Part shown: positions 1 to 10,440 of the stretch, in pieces
Numbering within the stretch: the first letter of the stretch is position 1
How the letters are laid out: each line of letters begins with the position of its first letter
IMG/VR virus record: IMGVR_UViG_3300037408_000925
Length of the DNA stretch: 64,000 bases
Source of the DNA: an uncultured virus (IMG/VR IMGVR_UViG_3300037408_000925)
Lineage: Duplodnaviria; Heunggongvirae; Uroviricota; Caudoviricetes
Strand: one strand, 5' to 3'
Notes under the pieces: model-generated
Database searches by the model: none
The model's input: only the letters and a program-made list of their open reading frames with translations
Told to the model about the DNA's origin: nothing
Program-made: the position numbers and the translations under genes

Positions 1-1695
1 AGTGGATATGTAGATGGTTACTTCCGTCATACAAAATTAATAACTAGAGCTGAAGCTATAGTAGTACTTCAAAATATATTGAAGCTAAAAGGTAAAGATG
101 CTGTAGTTACATCAACACCATCCCCTACATCAACACCAGTTTCAATAGTTATTACTAAGATAGACGATAAAGTTATATCATTAAATACTGGGGTTTTTAG
201 TCAAACAATTAAAGTATCACCAGAAACAGTTGATTTAACAGTTGTTTCAAGTAATACCTCAGTTGTAAAAGTAGTTCTTAAAGATTCTACTATGACAATT
301 ACTCCTGTATCACAGGGAACTTCTGAAATAACTATTACTGCATCTCGTAAAGGATCTAATTCATATCCTGTAACAAGTAAATTTAAAATTACAGTAACAC
401 CTTATCAGAGTTCTGGTGGAGGTGGTGGCGGTGGTGGAAATACTTCTATAGCAGTACCAACACCTAAGCCTACTGAAGTTCCTAATGAACTTGTTAATGT
501 TACGGTAGTAGTTGCTTCTTCATTACCTACTTTTAAGAATATAAAAGTAAATACTATGACAATCGGAACTAAGTTTAAGATAGAAGGATCAACCCTAGTT
601 AAAGGTATCGGTGGGGATATTGTAGTTAATACATCTGAAACTAAAAGGAAACTTTCTGTATTAGATGCTAATGATGTAGTACTTGGAACAACAGATATTG
701 ATGTTGGAGTTTCTAGTACTAAGAATTATACAATAATAAAGTCACCTGTAGTACCAACTCCTACCCCTACAGCAACACCTAGTTATAAAGCTAAGGTTAC
801 TGTAGTGGTAGCTTCTTCATTACCTACTTTTAAAAATGTAAAAGTAGAATCAAATATCGGTTCTAAGTTTAAAGTTGATGGTTCTACCCTAATTAAAAAC
901 TTAGGAGAAGAAGTTGTTATTAATACAGGAGATACTACTAAATTACTTTCAATCCTAGATTTAGATGGTAGGGTTATAGGGACAGTTGTTATTGATGTAG
1001 GTACTAATCAAGTAAAGGAATATACTATAACTTTACTTATAAAACCTAGCCCAACATCTACAGTAACACCTAGCCCAACACCTACAGTAACACCTACAGT
1101 AACACCTACAGCTACAGCAACACCTACAGCTACAGTAGTACCAACACCTACACCACCTATCGGAAGTAATATTAAAATGTCTGTAGTGGTAGCTGAGGCT
1201 CTACCTAGTTTTAAGACTATTAAATTACTCGATGCTCCTTTAGGACTTAAATTTAAGGTTGAAGGATCAAGTTTAGTTAAAGATGTAGGAGATTTTATAG
1301 TAATTAACTCTAGTAATACAACAGTTCTTATTACCTTTTTAGATAGTACTGGTTTAATAGTAAGAGGAACTTTAGTTCTAAATATAAGTACTGGAAGTGA
1401 AAATTGGTACAATGTGATACTATCTGATACAGAGATACAAACATCTAATATTTCTGTAGTAGTTGCTGAATCACTTCCCACTTTTAAAAGTATTAAGGTT
1501 ATATCCTCTACAATAGGTACAAAGTTTAAAGTAGAAGGCTCTACCCTAATAAAACCTATTGGAGAAACTATTGAGGTTAATACTACAGAGACAACAAGAA
1601 TAGTTAGTATATTAAATAATGACGAAACTGTTGTGGGTACTGTAGTAGTTAATGTAAGTACAAATAGTTCCACAGGATACACAATTGTAAAATAA
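1..1695 (+). CDS. SLH-domain cell-surface protein (5' partial) with an Ig-like domain, PT linkers and 4 copies of a ~85-aa beta domain
   Basis: Frame is open from base 1: SGYVDGYFRHTKLITRAEAIVVLQN is an SLH motif (GY.DG.F....ITRAE). Four repeats of VVVA(S/E)(S/A)LP(T/S)FK.(I/V)K...G.KFK(V/I)(E/D)GS.L(V/I)K; PTPT linkers. Confidence 0.75.
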   Translation, partial: SGYVDGYFRHTKLITRAEAIVVLQNILKLKGKDAVVTSTPSPTSTPVSIVITKIDDKVISLNTGVFSQTIKVSPETVDLTVVSSNTSVVKVVLKDSTMTITPVSQGTSEITITASRKGSNSYPVTSKFKITVTPYQSSGGGGGGGGNTSIAVPTPKPTEVPNELVNVTVVVASSLPTFKNIKVNTMTIGTKFKIEGSTLVKGIGGDIVVNTSETKRKLSVLDANDVVLGTTDIDVGVSSTKNYTIIKSPVVPTPTPTATPSYKAKVTVVVASSLPTFKNVKVESNIGSKFKVDGSTLIKNLGEEVVINTGDTTKLLSILDLDGRVIGTVVIDVGTNQVKEYTITLLIKPSPTSTVTPSPTPTVTPTVTPTATATPTATVVPTPTPPIGSNIKMSVVVAEALPSFKTIKLLDAPLGLKFKVEGSSLVKDVGDFIVINSSNTTVLITFLDSTGLIVRGTLVLNISTGSENWYNVILSDTEIQTSNISVVVAESLPTFKSIKVISSTIGTKFKVEGSTLIKPIGETIEVNTTETTRIVSILNNDETVVGTVVVNVSTNSSTGYTIVK

Positions 1696-1758
1696 AAAGG
1701 TCTTTTGAAGATGTATAATCTTCTTAATGATAAAAAAATGACATGGGAGGAAGTTTTT

Positions 1759-4700
1759 ATGAAAAGAAAGATGAGAGTTATATCGTTAGCTTTAGCTTTG
1801 GTTATGTTGTTAAGTACACCAGCTATGGCACTACCTAACGATACAGTAGTATTAGGAAATACCGCATTTACCTTGAGGTCACTGTTTAATAACATACCTG
1901 GGGTTCAAACAGCCCTAGACTTAGCAAATGGTAAGTACTTCTATAATTTGCTTGGTCAAACTAATGGATTCGTTGGTTTATTCACAGGAACTCCAATGAC
2001 ACCTCAAGAAAAAAGCTCTTTCTCAAATATTACTCTATGGGATAAAGATGGTACAAATCCACCAACATCTCAATTATGGAGTGATTTTGATACTCTAGCA
2101 ACAGGTTCACCTACAGCAACACCTACAGCAACACCTACAGCAACACCAACACCATTAAGGTCAGCAGTAGAGCAAATTAGTTTTGTTAGTTATCGTCATA
2201 TTAAAGTGACGTTTAATAAAGCAGTTGATTTAGCTAGTGCAAAAGACCCTAGAAATTATTACTTCGAGATGGTAGACGGTAGTGCTGTGTGGAACACACC
2301 TTCTATACTTGAAAGTAATCAACTTAGTAATCTAGCTACTACTTACTCTGGTGGTATAGATGAGTGGTGGAATCATAATATTAGTTCAGCTAATGTTAAT
2401 GGTAAGACAGTAGTAAATATATACTTGCCAGAAGACGCTAGATTTACTAATATAGAAGATTTGGATTTGACTGATGATGCTGAAAAAACACTAGTAATTG
2501 TAATGAGAGCATCTAAAACAGCAGTTCCAACAACAAAAAGCTTAGTAAAAGATATGTCTGTTAATGTTGGAGTAAGAAATATTAAAGATACATCTGGAAG
2601 ATTCTCAATAAATACAGCAGTACAATCTATCAAGATTCTTGATTTGGTTAAACCTGAACTAGTAGGAGTAAACAAAGTTCCATTTAATAACGTAACTTCT
2701 GTTTCAGAAGGAACTTCACTACCAGTTGAGTTAGGAACATTTGACCTAGTAAGAACATTACCATCAAATAGTCAAGAAGCTGAAAAAATCTCACTTCTAT
2801 ACTCAGAACCTGTTTTTGATACACATGATCTTTCAATTTCTGCTTTATTAAGAGATAGAAATGTTAGATTGTATGTAAATAATAACTTGATAGCATCTAC
2901 CCTAATGGGAAATATAAATGAGTATTTGACATTTAGAATGGATGCAGATAGTGATTATTGGGATTCTAGAATAGTAACTCTAGAAGCTGAAAAAGCAGTA
3001 TTAAAAGAGTGTGAAAGATTCAATGAAGAATTTGCTGTACATCAAACTTATAATATCCAAATAAAGGGTATTACTGATTTAGCTGGAAATATTGAAGTGC
3101 CTGCTGAACATTATCTAACAGTAAAATTCCATGATAATGCTGTAGTGCCTCCTGTAATAGTTCCTCCAGTTATCAAAAATATCGATCAAGTAGCTGATAA
3201 CATTTTCAGAGTTGAATTTAACAGAGAAGATGTTCAAGGTACTCTAAAAATCAAAAATCCAGACGGAGAAGGTATTGGACTTCTACAAGTTCCTTTCGCA
3301 CCTTCAAAGAAATCAGCTAATGGAAAGTACTATTCATATGTAGCTGTACCTTGTGTTGATACTGAGCCATCAGGAGCAATACCAACAGGAGTACACTCAA
3401 GTGAATACCTTGCATACGATAATCAAGATGTAATCTATAGAGATGTATGTGTTGAGGAAGCTGTTGTAGCTCATCCAGTTCACCCTCTATATGCAAACAG
3501 TATGTATAAAGTAGGTATGGAATTGAGAAATGACATACTAGCACCTACAACATTAGGTATTGCTGATATTAAATACAAAGGAAGAGGTACTGTTCTTAGT
3601 ATACCTGTGAAAGATGTAAATCCATGGGTAGCTGACGAAAATATCACTCCTTTTGTAGCACCTATCGCTTATCAGTATGATGATTTGAGATTTAAAAATA
3701 CTATCTCAAGAAATCAATATAATAATGACCATTACTTGCCTATTACAGTATCTTATGTAGATAAAAATGGGGCAACACATAAGGCAGTGGTTACAAATTA
3801 TACCCTAAGACCTGATGCACCTATCCCTCCAACAGAGAATTCAGATAATCATCCAGGTTTCTTAGGAAGTATCTCTTTTGACTGGAATACTAACGAGTTG
3901 CTTCTAGATTTGTCAAATTATCCTGAGTTATTGGAAAATGCAAAACTAGTAGGAAATACTCAATATAAAGTTGAAATCCCTAATGGATACTTCACAGATT
4001 CACCTCTAGATAATGAGTTGAATACTTTTGAACAAACTCCAGAAATCACAGATCTACTTGTACCTTCTACAGTAGAATATGATTTTGAATTTGGTGGAAA
4101 CTTCTACGATATTCTCTATGTTGATGATGCTAGAGTAGAAACACCAGAAAGATATCACTTCAGAAGACATGATAACCATGTAGGACTTGGTTATACTTCT
4201 ACTCAAATGACAAGGTTAGGAAAAGTGTTAGAAAAACTTCCAAAACCAACACCAGAACAATATGTACCACAAACATCAAGAGAACTAATGTACTATGATG
4301 AAGCTTCAAACTCAATGAGAGTGGAGTTTACAGGTACAATTGATGTAAGAACACTTACTAATAAAGATAACTACTCTTTAGATGGTAAGACCCTAACTGA
4401 GTGGGATGCATTACTCGGAACTAATACTGTTATTGAGTATACTGTTAATAATGCAGACCCAGATAATAAACATCAATATGCTATATTTGTTCTACCTAGA
4501 GATAGTGTAAAAGAAACAGGAGATTGTGCTTTCTCTGTAAGTAGAGTAGCTCATCCTGATGGTGGTCAAATGTTCCCTGTTGATGTAAGAGTATGGGTAT
4601 TGGATAACGCTCGTCCAGTTGTACTTAATGCAAAGGTTACTGGAACAAATCAAATTAAAGTAGAATTTGATGAACAAGTACGTTATTTTGTAGCTCCTTC

Positions 4701-4959
4701 TGTTAATGCTGATTCTAACTCTTCTGCTAGAAACTTTAAAGTTACTATAGGTGGACAGTTATGGACAGTAACATCAGCAGTTATTCCAGAAGGTGGGAAT
4801 AATAGAGAAGTAATTCTTAATCTTGGAAATGTAATACCAAGTAATGGAGTTATTACTGTTGAGATTGTTAAAGACCAAAATGATAATATTTTGATGATAG
4901 ACAAATCTACTCTAAAAAATCCTCTAAAGATGGATGTATACCCTGTAACAAGACCATAA
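1759..4959 (+). CDS. Large secreted S-layer-like protein with Ig-like (Big_5-type) domains
   Basis: RBS GGGAGG before ATG 1759; signal peptide MKRKMRVISLALALVMLLSTPAMA; PTATPTAT linker; I.V.F(N/D)..V motifs typical of clostridial S-layer Ig domains. Confidence 0.6.
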   Translation: MKRKMRVISLALALVMLLSTPAMALPNDTVVLGNTAFTLRSLFNNIPGVQTALDLANGKYFYNLLGQTNGFVGLFTGTPMTPQEKSSFSNITLWDKDGTNPPTSQLWSDFDTLATGSPTATPTATPTATPTPLRSAVEQISFVSYRHIKVTFNKAVDLASAKDPRNYYFEMVDGSAVWNTPSILESNQLSNLATTYSGGIDEWWNHNISSANVNGKTVVNIYLPEDARFTNIEDLDLTDDAEKTLVIVMRASKTAVPTTKSLVKDMSVNVGVRNIKDTSGRFSINTAVQSIKILDLVKPELVGVNKVPFNNVTSVSEGTSLPVELGTFDLVRTLPSNSQEAEKISLLYSEPVFDTHDLSISALLRDRNVRLYVNNNLIASTLMGNINEYLTFRMDADSDYWDSRIVTLEAEKAVLKECERFNEEFAVHQTYNIQIKGITDLAGNIEVPAEHYLTVKFHDNAVVPPVIVPPVIKNIDQVADNIFRVEFNREDVQGTLKIKNPDGEGIGLLQVPFAPSKKSANGKYYSYVAVPCVDTEPSGAIPTGVHSSEYLAYDNQDVIYRDVCVEEAVVAHPVHPLYANSMYKVGMELRNDILAPTTLGIADIKYKGRGTVLSIPVKDVNPWVADENITPFVAPIAYQYDDLRFKNTISRNQYNNDHYLPITVSYVDKNGATHKAVVTNYTLRPDAPIPPTENSDNHPGFLGSISFDWNTNELLLDLSNYPELLENAKLVGNTQYKVEIPNGYFTDSPLDNELNTFEQTPEITDLLVPSTVEYDFEFGGNFYDILYVDDARVETPERYHFRRHDNHVGLGYTSTQMTRLGKVLEKLPKPTPEQYVPQTSRELMYYDEASNSMRVEFTGTIDVRTLTNKDNYSLDGKTLTEWDALLGTNTVIEYTVNNADPDNKHQYAIFVLPRDSVKETGDCAFSVSRVAHPDGGQMFPVDVRVWVLDNARPVVLNAKVTGTNQIKVEFDEQVRYFVAPSVNADSNSSARNFKVTIGGQLWTVTSAVIPEGGNNREVILNLGNVIPSNGVITVEIVKDQNDNILMIDKSTLKNPLKMDVYPVTRP

Positions 4960-4988
4960 AAAAAAGTTGTTAGAATGGAGATTAAGAC

Positions 4989-5378
4989 TTGATTAGAAAA
5001 CATAGAAGTCCCGAAGATTTATGGGTTTGTAAATGTTTTATAGTAAATTCTCAAAATAAAGTCTTAATACTAGATAAAGATGTATCAAATACATGGAGTT
5101 TCCCTACTGAGATTGTATCAGTAGGGAAAACTCCTGTAGATACAGCTCTTGAAGGTATTAAAAACTATATTGGAGTTAATGCCCTAGATGTTTCCTTATT
5201 GTTTACTCATGGTATAAATGCGTACTTAGAGTTTGTTTTTCTCTGTAAAAGGTTTGATGAGAATGCTTCAACACCTCTAAAAATCAAATGGGAACACTTT
5301 TGGTATCTATCTAGTCTTACTCTTGTACCTGATTCTAAGGAAACTTTGGATAAGTATCAACAGATTTTTAATTTGTAG
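4989..5378 (+). CDS. Degenerate Nudix-fold protein
   Basis: CFIVNSQNKVLIL...WSFP...GKTPVDTALEGI resembles a Nudix scaffold, but the REUxEE catalytic box is missing. Confidence 0.4.
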   Translation: MIRKHRSPEDLWVCKCFIVNSQNKVLILDKDVSNTWSFPTEIVSVGKTPVDTALEGIKNYIGVNALDVSLLFTHGINAYLEFVFLCKRFDENASTPLKIKWEHFWYLSSLTLVPDSKETLDKYQQIFNL

Positions 5379-5430
5379 TCTCTAAATTAACACCTCTTTA
5401 TATATAATTAATATAGGGAGGTGTTTTTTC

Positions 5431-5691
5431 ATGAGAAAGTTTAACCTGTGTTTAGAGGATAAAGTTAAAATCCTTAAAGAAGATACTACTTCTATTGAAC
5501 ATACTAAAATTGGAACTATTTGTGGTATTCAGCTACTTGCTGATGGTTGTATTGGATATACTGTTAAGATATCTCTAGATACAGGATTTGGTGAACATGA
5601 CGTTCTCTGTAGTATACGTGATGGTGAGTACGAACTCTTAGAAAAAGTCGGGGATACCCCTGATTTAGACACCTATGAGTTTGAACACTAA
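5431..5691 (+). CDS. Hypothetical protein
   Basis: ORF with GGGAGG RBS and an upstream TTATATA motif. Confidence 0.6.
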   Translation: MRKFNLCLEDKVKILKEDTTSIEHTKIGTICGIQLLADGCIGYTVKISLDTGFGEHDVLCSIRDGEYELLEKVGDTPDLDTYEFEH

Positions 5692-5727
5692 ACCCTAATA
5701 AATTTTATTTTTAGGAGATGATTTATT

Positions 5728-6150
5728 ATGTGGGGTGCCCCTGTTATACCAGTTACAGACGAATTCAAACGTAAAGTAGACTACCTAGTAAATAAAATAT
5801 CTAATGAGATTAAACAAAAACTATATGATGAGGGTCATGACTCTCTTCTTTCTATGGGGTATGGTGTTGTTACAGCTGAATATCGTCAAAAATATGTGTT
5901 GATTAAAGTTGCTAAACAAAGTAACTATATGATAGAGAAAGAAACAGGGCGTATTTTTGGAACAAAAGCATACGACACTATAAATAGAGTACGACCTTAT
6001 AAAACCCTAGATGATGTAGATGATTATTACTGGGGAGACTACCATCCTCAACTTTTATCAACTAGAAGAATAGCAAAAGGAAAAGCACAGATAAGAAAAG
6101 AAGTAGCCCCTCTCTCAGATTTAAAAGCCAGAGTTAAAGACTTACTATAA
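5728..6150 (+). CDS. Hypothetical protein with the conserved C-terminal tag
   Basis: Ends RKEVAPLSDLKARVKDLL; not a hexapeptide-repeat protein. Confidence 0.7.
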   Translation: MWGAPVIPVTDEFKRKVDYLVNKISNEIKQKLYDEGHDSLLSMGYGVVTAEYRQKYVLIKVAKQSNYMIEKETGRIFGTKAYDTINRVRPYKTLDDVDDYYWGDYHPQLLSTRRIAKGKAQIRKEVAPLSDLKARVKDLL

Positions 6151-6166
6151 AGGAGTGCCTAACCTA

Positions 6167-6817
6167 ATGCCTAATAAAAAATATGAGTTTATAAAAGAGG
6201 ACACAATAACATATGAAGGAAGAACCCTAACAAGAATAAGAGCTTTAAAATCCTTTGGTAAGATGAAAGCCTATTATAGAGGTGGATATATAGAGAGTGA
6301 GGATAATCTTTCTCATAATGGTGAGTGTTGGGTAGGTGGACAAGCTTTTGTGTATGGAGATGCCAAAGTATTTGGAGATGCTAAAGTATTTGACTATGCT
6401 AGTGTTTTTGATAATGCCAAAATATTTGGAGAAGCTCGGGTATATGAAAATACTAAGGTATATGGTAACGCTGAAATATATGATAAAGCTAGGATATATG
6501 AAAGTGCTGAGGTATATGAAAAAGCTAAAGTATTTGATAATGCTGAAATCTTTGGAGAAGCTTTGGTATATGGAAAGACTCATGTATATGGTGCTTCTGA
6601 GGTATCAGGTAATGCTAAGGTGTATGGTAATTCTAAAGTATCTGATAACGCTAAAATACATGGAAATGTTCAGATATACGGAAACGCTGAGGTACGTGGA
6701 AATGTAGAATTAAAGGATGATGAAAAAATCTTTGGGGATACAAAATTAGATGGAAAAGTAAGAAAAGAAATAGCTCCACTCTCTGATTTAAAAAATAGAG
6801 TAAAAGATTTACTTTAA
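6167..6817 (+). CDS. Hexapeptide-repeat (left-handed beta-helix-like) phage protein, tagged
   Basis: N-terminal KYE...RIRAL..F....GG.IE.E.NLS..G.CWV followed by A.V(Y/F)(G/D)N repeats; C-terminal tag. Confidence 0.85.
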   Translation: MPNKKYEFIKEDTITYEGRTLTRIRALKSFGKMKAYYRGGYIESEDNLSHNGECWVGGQAFVYGDAKVFGDAKVFDYASVFDNAKIFGEARVYENTKVYGNAEIYDKARIYESAEVYEKAKVFDNAEIFGEALVYGKTHVYGASEVSGNAKVYGNSKVSDNAKIHGNVQIYGNAEVRGNVELKDDEKIFGDTKLDGKVRKEIAPLSDLKNRVKDLL

Positions 6818-6879
6818 ATATGAAAAGATTTATATATATATATTGAGTAAGATATATTTTTAATAGGAGGAATACTATA

Positions 6880-7758
6880 ATGGCTAACAGTAAATATGAA
6901 TTACTGATGGATAAGAGTATAATTTTTAGTGGAACAACCTTATACAGAATAAAAGCTTTAAAGAGTTTTGGTAAAGTGAAAGAGGGAGACTTAGGTGGGT
7001 ATATCCAAAGTGAAGACAACCTATCTGATAAAGGAAATTGTTGGGTAGATCTTAGAGCTATGGCATATGAAAAAGCTAAAGTCTATGATAATGCTCTAGT
7101 CGATGATTATTCTATAGTATCTGGTAATGCTAAAGTATATGGTAATGCTGAACTCCTTGATGTTAGTAGAGTCTATGGTAATGCTAAAGTCTATGGTAAT
7201 GCTAAAGTATCTAATTCAAATATATATGATAAGGCTCAAGTCTTTGGAAACTCTAATTTATCTTTTGATGTTAAAGTCTTTGGTAATGCTCAAGTCTTTG
7301 GAGACGCTAAATTATCTGACACTGCTCAAGTCTATGGTAATGCTAAAGTATCTGGTAAAGCTACAGTATTGGAAAAAGCTAAGGTCTATGGAGATGCTTT
7401 GGTATTTGATAATGCTGAAGTGTATGGGGATGCACAGGTATATGAAAAAGCTGTGGTATCTGGTAACGCTAGAGTCTTTGGTAAGGCTAAAGTCTATGGA
7501 AATGCTCAGGTATATGATGAAGCTCAAGTATATGATAATGCTAAAGTATATGGTAATGCTAAAGTCTTTATTAAGGCTGAAGTATATGATAATGCTGATA
7601 TATCTGGTAATGTTAGAGTAGCTGGTGATGCTACAGTGTCTGGTAATGTTAAGGCATCTGGAAAAGAGTTATTAGATAATTATGAGTATGAAACTCAAAA
7701 AGATATAGAAGAATTTTCAGAGAGCTTTAGAAGAGAAGTAAATGCTATTTCTAACTAA
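6880..7758 (+). CDS. Hexapeptide-repeat protein, paralog lacking the tag
   Basis: Same N-terminal domain and AKVYGN repeats; different C-terminus. Confidence 0.85.
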   Translation: MANSKYELLMDKSIIFSGTTLYRIKALKSFGKVKEGDLGGYIQSEDNLSDKGNCWVDLRAMAYEKAKVYDNALVDDYSIVSGNAKVYGNAELLDVSRVYGNAKVYGNAKVSNSNIYDKAQVFGNSNLSFDVKVFGNAQVFGDAKLSDTAQVYGNAKVSGKATVLEKAKVYGDALVFDNAEVYGDAQVYEKAVVSGNARVFGKAKVYGNAQVYDEAQVYDNAKVYGNAKVFIKAEVYDNADISGNVRVAGDATVSGNVKASGKELLDNYEYETQKDIEEFSESFRREVNAISN

Positions 7759-8256
7759 ATATTATTGATTTATAAAGTAGATATAGATACCTATATCTAC
7801 TTTATTTTATACTCTAATCCTACTATCCTGACTTTATAGTTAAAAAAAGATTTACTTTAAATTATGAGATTATGTTTTAATTTAGATTTACCTCTGTTAT
7901 AATAGAATTGTTATTATGAGATATTAAATTAGAAAAGTATCTTATATTCCGTCAGTTTAAAAAATAAATACTTTATATAGAAGATGTAGAATAAACCCTA
8001 CATCCTTTGAGTATTTCTGATGATATTATAGGGAGGGGATTTTTATTATGACATCTGTTAAAAAAGAGCCTGTGGAGACGATTGTTCAGCTTAAGACATG
8101 GTTAGAAAAGACCATAATAGATACAAAAACCTATGGTAAGGGAACAGCTTCTCGTGTAGGAAATTCTTCTGAAGATGTAAAAAGAATCAAAATTAAAGAA
8201 AATACCCTAAGAATGGTGTTAGAAAAAATAAATGAGATAGAAAGGGTGACTTAAGA

Positions 8257-8820
8257 ATGAGTGATGTAGGTATTATAAGAAGAATAGATGATTTAGGTAG
8301 GGTGGTTATACCTAAAGAACTTAGAAAAAAACTTAAAATATCTGAAGGTGACCCTCTAGAACTTATCATAACAGATAATGGGGATCTGTTAGTTAAGAAA
8401 TACAATTCTATTATTTCAAAAAAACATAATGAGATTATAAGAGATCTAGTACTCTCTGGTGTAAAAGCTTTAGGTATACAGATTTGTATAGTTAACCATG
8501 ATTTTATCTTTGAGTTTAAAGGAGATGAACAAAAAGAAAGATTTTTAAAAGGATACCAAATATCTCAGGATCTAAAAGAAATCTTTGATGAGTTTAAAGA
8601 CCTACCTAGAGATATCTTAAAAACTTATAAACAAATACCCCTAACAAACCACTCTGAAGTATTCAATAAGGTTTTTATAAAAGCTATATATTATCAGGAG
8701 AGTATTATGGGACTTCTTATAGCTGTACCTTTTGAGGATAAAGAACCTCCACAACAAGATATAGTAGACAAAATCTTATCTACTATGTCTAATACTCTTT
8801 CAGATATGGAGAACCTGTAA
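8257..8820 (+). CDS. spoVT: SpoVT-like regulator (AbrB DNA-binding domain plus GAF-like domain)
   Basis: GIIRRIDDLGRVVIPKELRKKLKISEGDPLE is the AbrB/SpoVT signature; 187 aa. Confidence 0.8.
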   Translation: MSDVGIIRRIDDLGRVVIPKELRKKLKISEGDPLELIITDNGDLLVKKYNSIISKKHNEIIRDLVLSGVKALGIQICIVNHDFIFEFKGDEQKERFLKGYQISQDLKEIFDEFKDLPRDILKTYKQIPLTNHSEVFNKVFIKAIYYQESIMGLLIAVPFEDKEPPQQDIVDKILSTMSNTLSDMENL

Positions 8821-9234
8821 ATGATACCTGTATACCAATCTCTACTAACAGATAAAAAGAAAAAAATACAAGGAGATTGTCTTAGAGCTTGTATATGTTC
8901 TCTCTTACACTTACCTATAAAAGATATACCTCATTTCATAGAACATAAAACAAGAAAAGGTCATACATGGATAGATTTTCTAGAAGAATGGCTTAAAACT
9001 AAAGGATACAAACTTTTTTTCGACAAAGATATCCCTAATACTGAGTTTTATATGGTTTGGGGAACAAGCCCTAGAGGAAGTTATCATTCTGTAATACATT
9101 CAGTGGGGAAATTAGTTCATGATCCTCACCCTAATGGAGGAGATGTTATACCTTCTCAGTATGTATGGTTAGAAGAAATAAGAAAAAGTAGATGGAGAGT
9201 TAATTTAAAAAGAAAAGAGGGTAATTTAAAATGA
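8821..9234 (+). CDS. Conserved-looking phage protein, possible Cys/His peptidase-like fold
   Basis: GDCLRAC...HSVI...HDPHP. Confidence 0.35.
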   Translation: MIPVYQSLLTDKKKKIQGDCLRACICSLLHLPIKDIPHFIEHKTRKGHTWIDFLEEWLKTKGYKLFFDKDIPNTEFYMVWGTSPRGSYHSVIHSVGKLVHDPHPNGGDVIPSQYVWLEEIRKSRWRVNLKRKEGNLK

Positions 9235-9457
9235 CTGTAAAAGAAAAGTGTATGGAAATACTTGAAAAGGCATTAGGAGAAGAACCAATACCAGAAGAGG
9301 ATTGCCCCTCAGAAGAGGTTATAGCTATTGCTAGAAGATTCTTTGAATGTGGGGTAATGACAGCTCTAAGACTCTCAGATGAAATGAAAATTAAAGAAGA
9401 TATAGAGAAGATACAAAGAAAATAAAAAAATAATTGAGAGTAAAGTAATTTAGAAAG

Positions 9458-9979
9458 GTGAGTGTTATGAGTAGTAAATTTGATGAGGATTTAGAGTATT
9501 ATAAGTTAAATGTAAGAACTAATGAAATCTATGATATGGTACTTAAGGAGAAAAAATGTAAGTGCTGTGGTTTATGTTGTCATATCAGCCCTTGTACTTG
9601 GAATAGGGGTGATGTGTTTAGGGTATCAGAATACTTGAAGATTGATAAGAAAGAATTGTATACTAAATATCTAACATTTGCTAAATTAGGAATAAGAGAT
9701 GGATACATTCTAAACGCAGTAAGAGTTTCTGATAAGGAATTTGCAGGAAATATACTGCCCGATACACATGAACGTGAGTTCTCTCCATGTATATTGTTTG
9801 ATATGGAAAGAAAGATATGTACCATACACAAGGTAAAGCCCGCTGGGGGAAAGAGATTTGGTTGTTGGACTTCTTTTAAAAAGACAGTCCCACAAACTAT
9901 AGCTGATATGAGATTTGGTGGTGAGATATTCTTTAAATTAGAAATAGAAGTATTACTGGATAGTTGGGGAGTGATATAA
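9458..9979 (+). CDS. YkgJ-family CxxCxxCC (Fe-S/Zn) protein
   Basis: CKCCGLCC...C...CTIHKVKP. Confidence 0.7.
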   Translation: MSVMSSKFDEDLEYYKLNVRTNEIYDMVLKEKKCKCCGLCCHISPCTWNRGDVFRVSEYLKIDKKELYTKYLTFAKLGIRDGYILNAVRVSDKEFAGNILPDTHEREFSPCILFDMERKICTIHKVKPAGGKRFGCWTSFKKTVPQTIADMRFGGEIFFKLEIEVLLDSWGVI

Positions 9980-9988
9980 TTTAGAAAG

Positions 9989-10420
9989 GTGAGTGTTATG
10001 AGCAAAAAGTGTGGTTGTCCCTCTGAGGAAGAATTAGATCGTATAATTAAAGAGTCTATGAAGTTATATGGATTTTACATTCACTACATACCCCTAGTAG
10101 GTAAGATAGATTCTCATACTCATGGATTGATTGAGTCTTTCAATCATCTAGATTTTCAGATAACTTTAAAATTATCTCCTGACACAGTTTCAGCTATGTT
10201 TCATACCATTGTTGATATGGTTAGACAAGGAAAAAGATTTTCGAATAATGAGATTGTACCTAATGTATTAAAAGGTGACTATAAAATAAAACTATTTCAA
10301 ACAACCGAGTCTAGAAGACCTGTGTTGCGTATACTCTTACCTGATATACAAGGACACTTTCCTGATAGTGTAGAATGTGATGCTTTATATAAAGAACAGT
10401 TGACTATTGAACCATTATAA
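9989..10420 (+). CDS. DUF4262-like protein
   Basis: YG..IHY...HTHGL...FNH.DF...RILLPD..G.FP. Confidence 0.5.
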   Translation: MSVMSKKCGCPSEEELDRIIKESMKLYGFYIHYIPLVGKIDSHTHGLIESFNHLDFQITLKLSPDTVSAMFHTIVDMVRQGKRFSNNEIVPNVLKGDYKIKLFQTTESRRPVLRILLPDIQGHFPDSVECDALYKEQLTIEPL

Positions 10421-10440
10421 TTAGATTGGGAGAAAATTAG

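Noticed and set aside
1008..1895. 295-aa minus-strand ORF and the other minus-strand ORFs in the track
   Set aside because: They are antisense shadows of well-supported + strand genes; no minus-strand gene has independent support.
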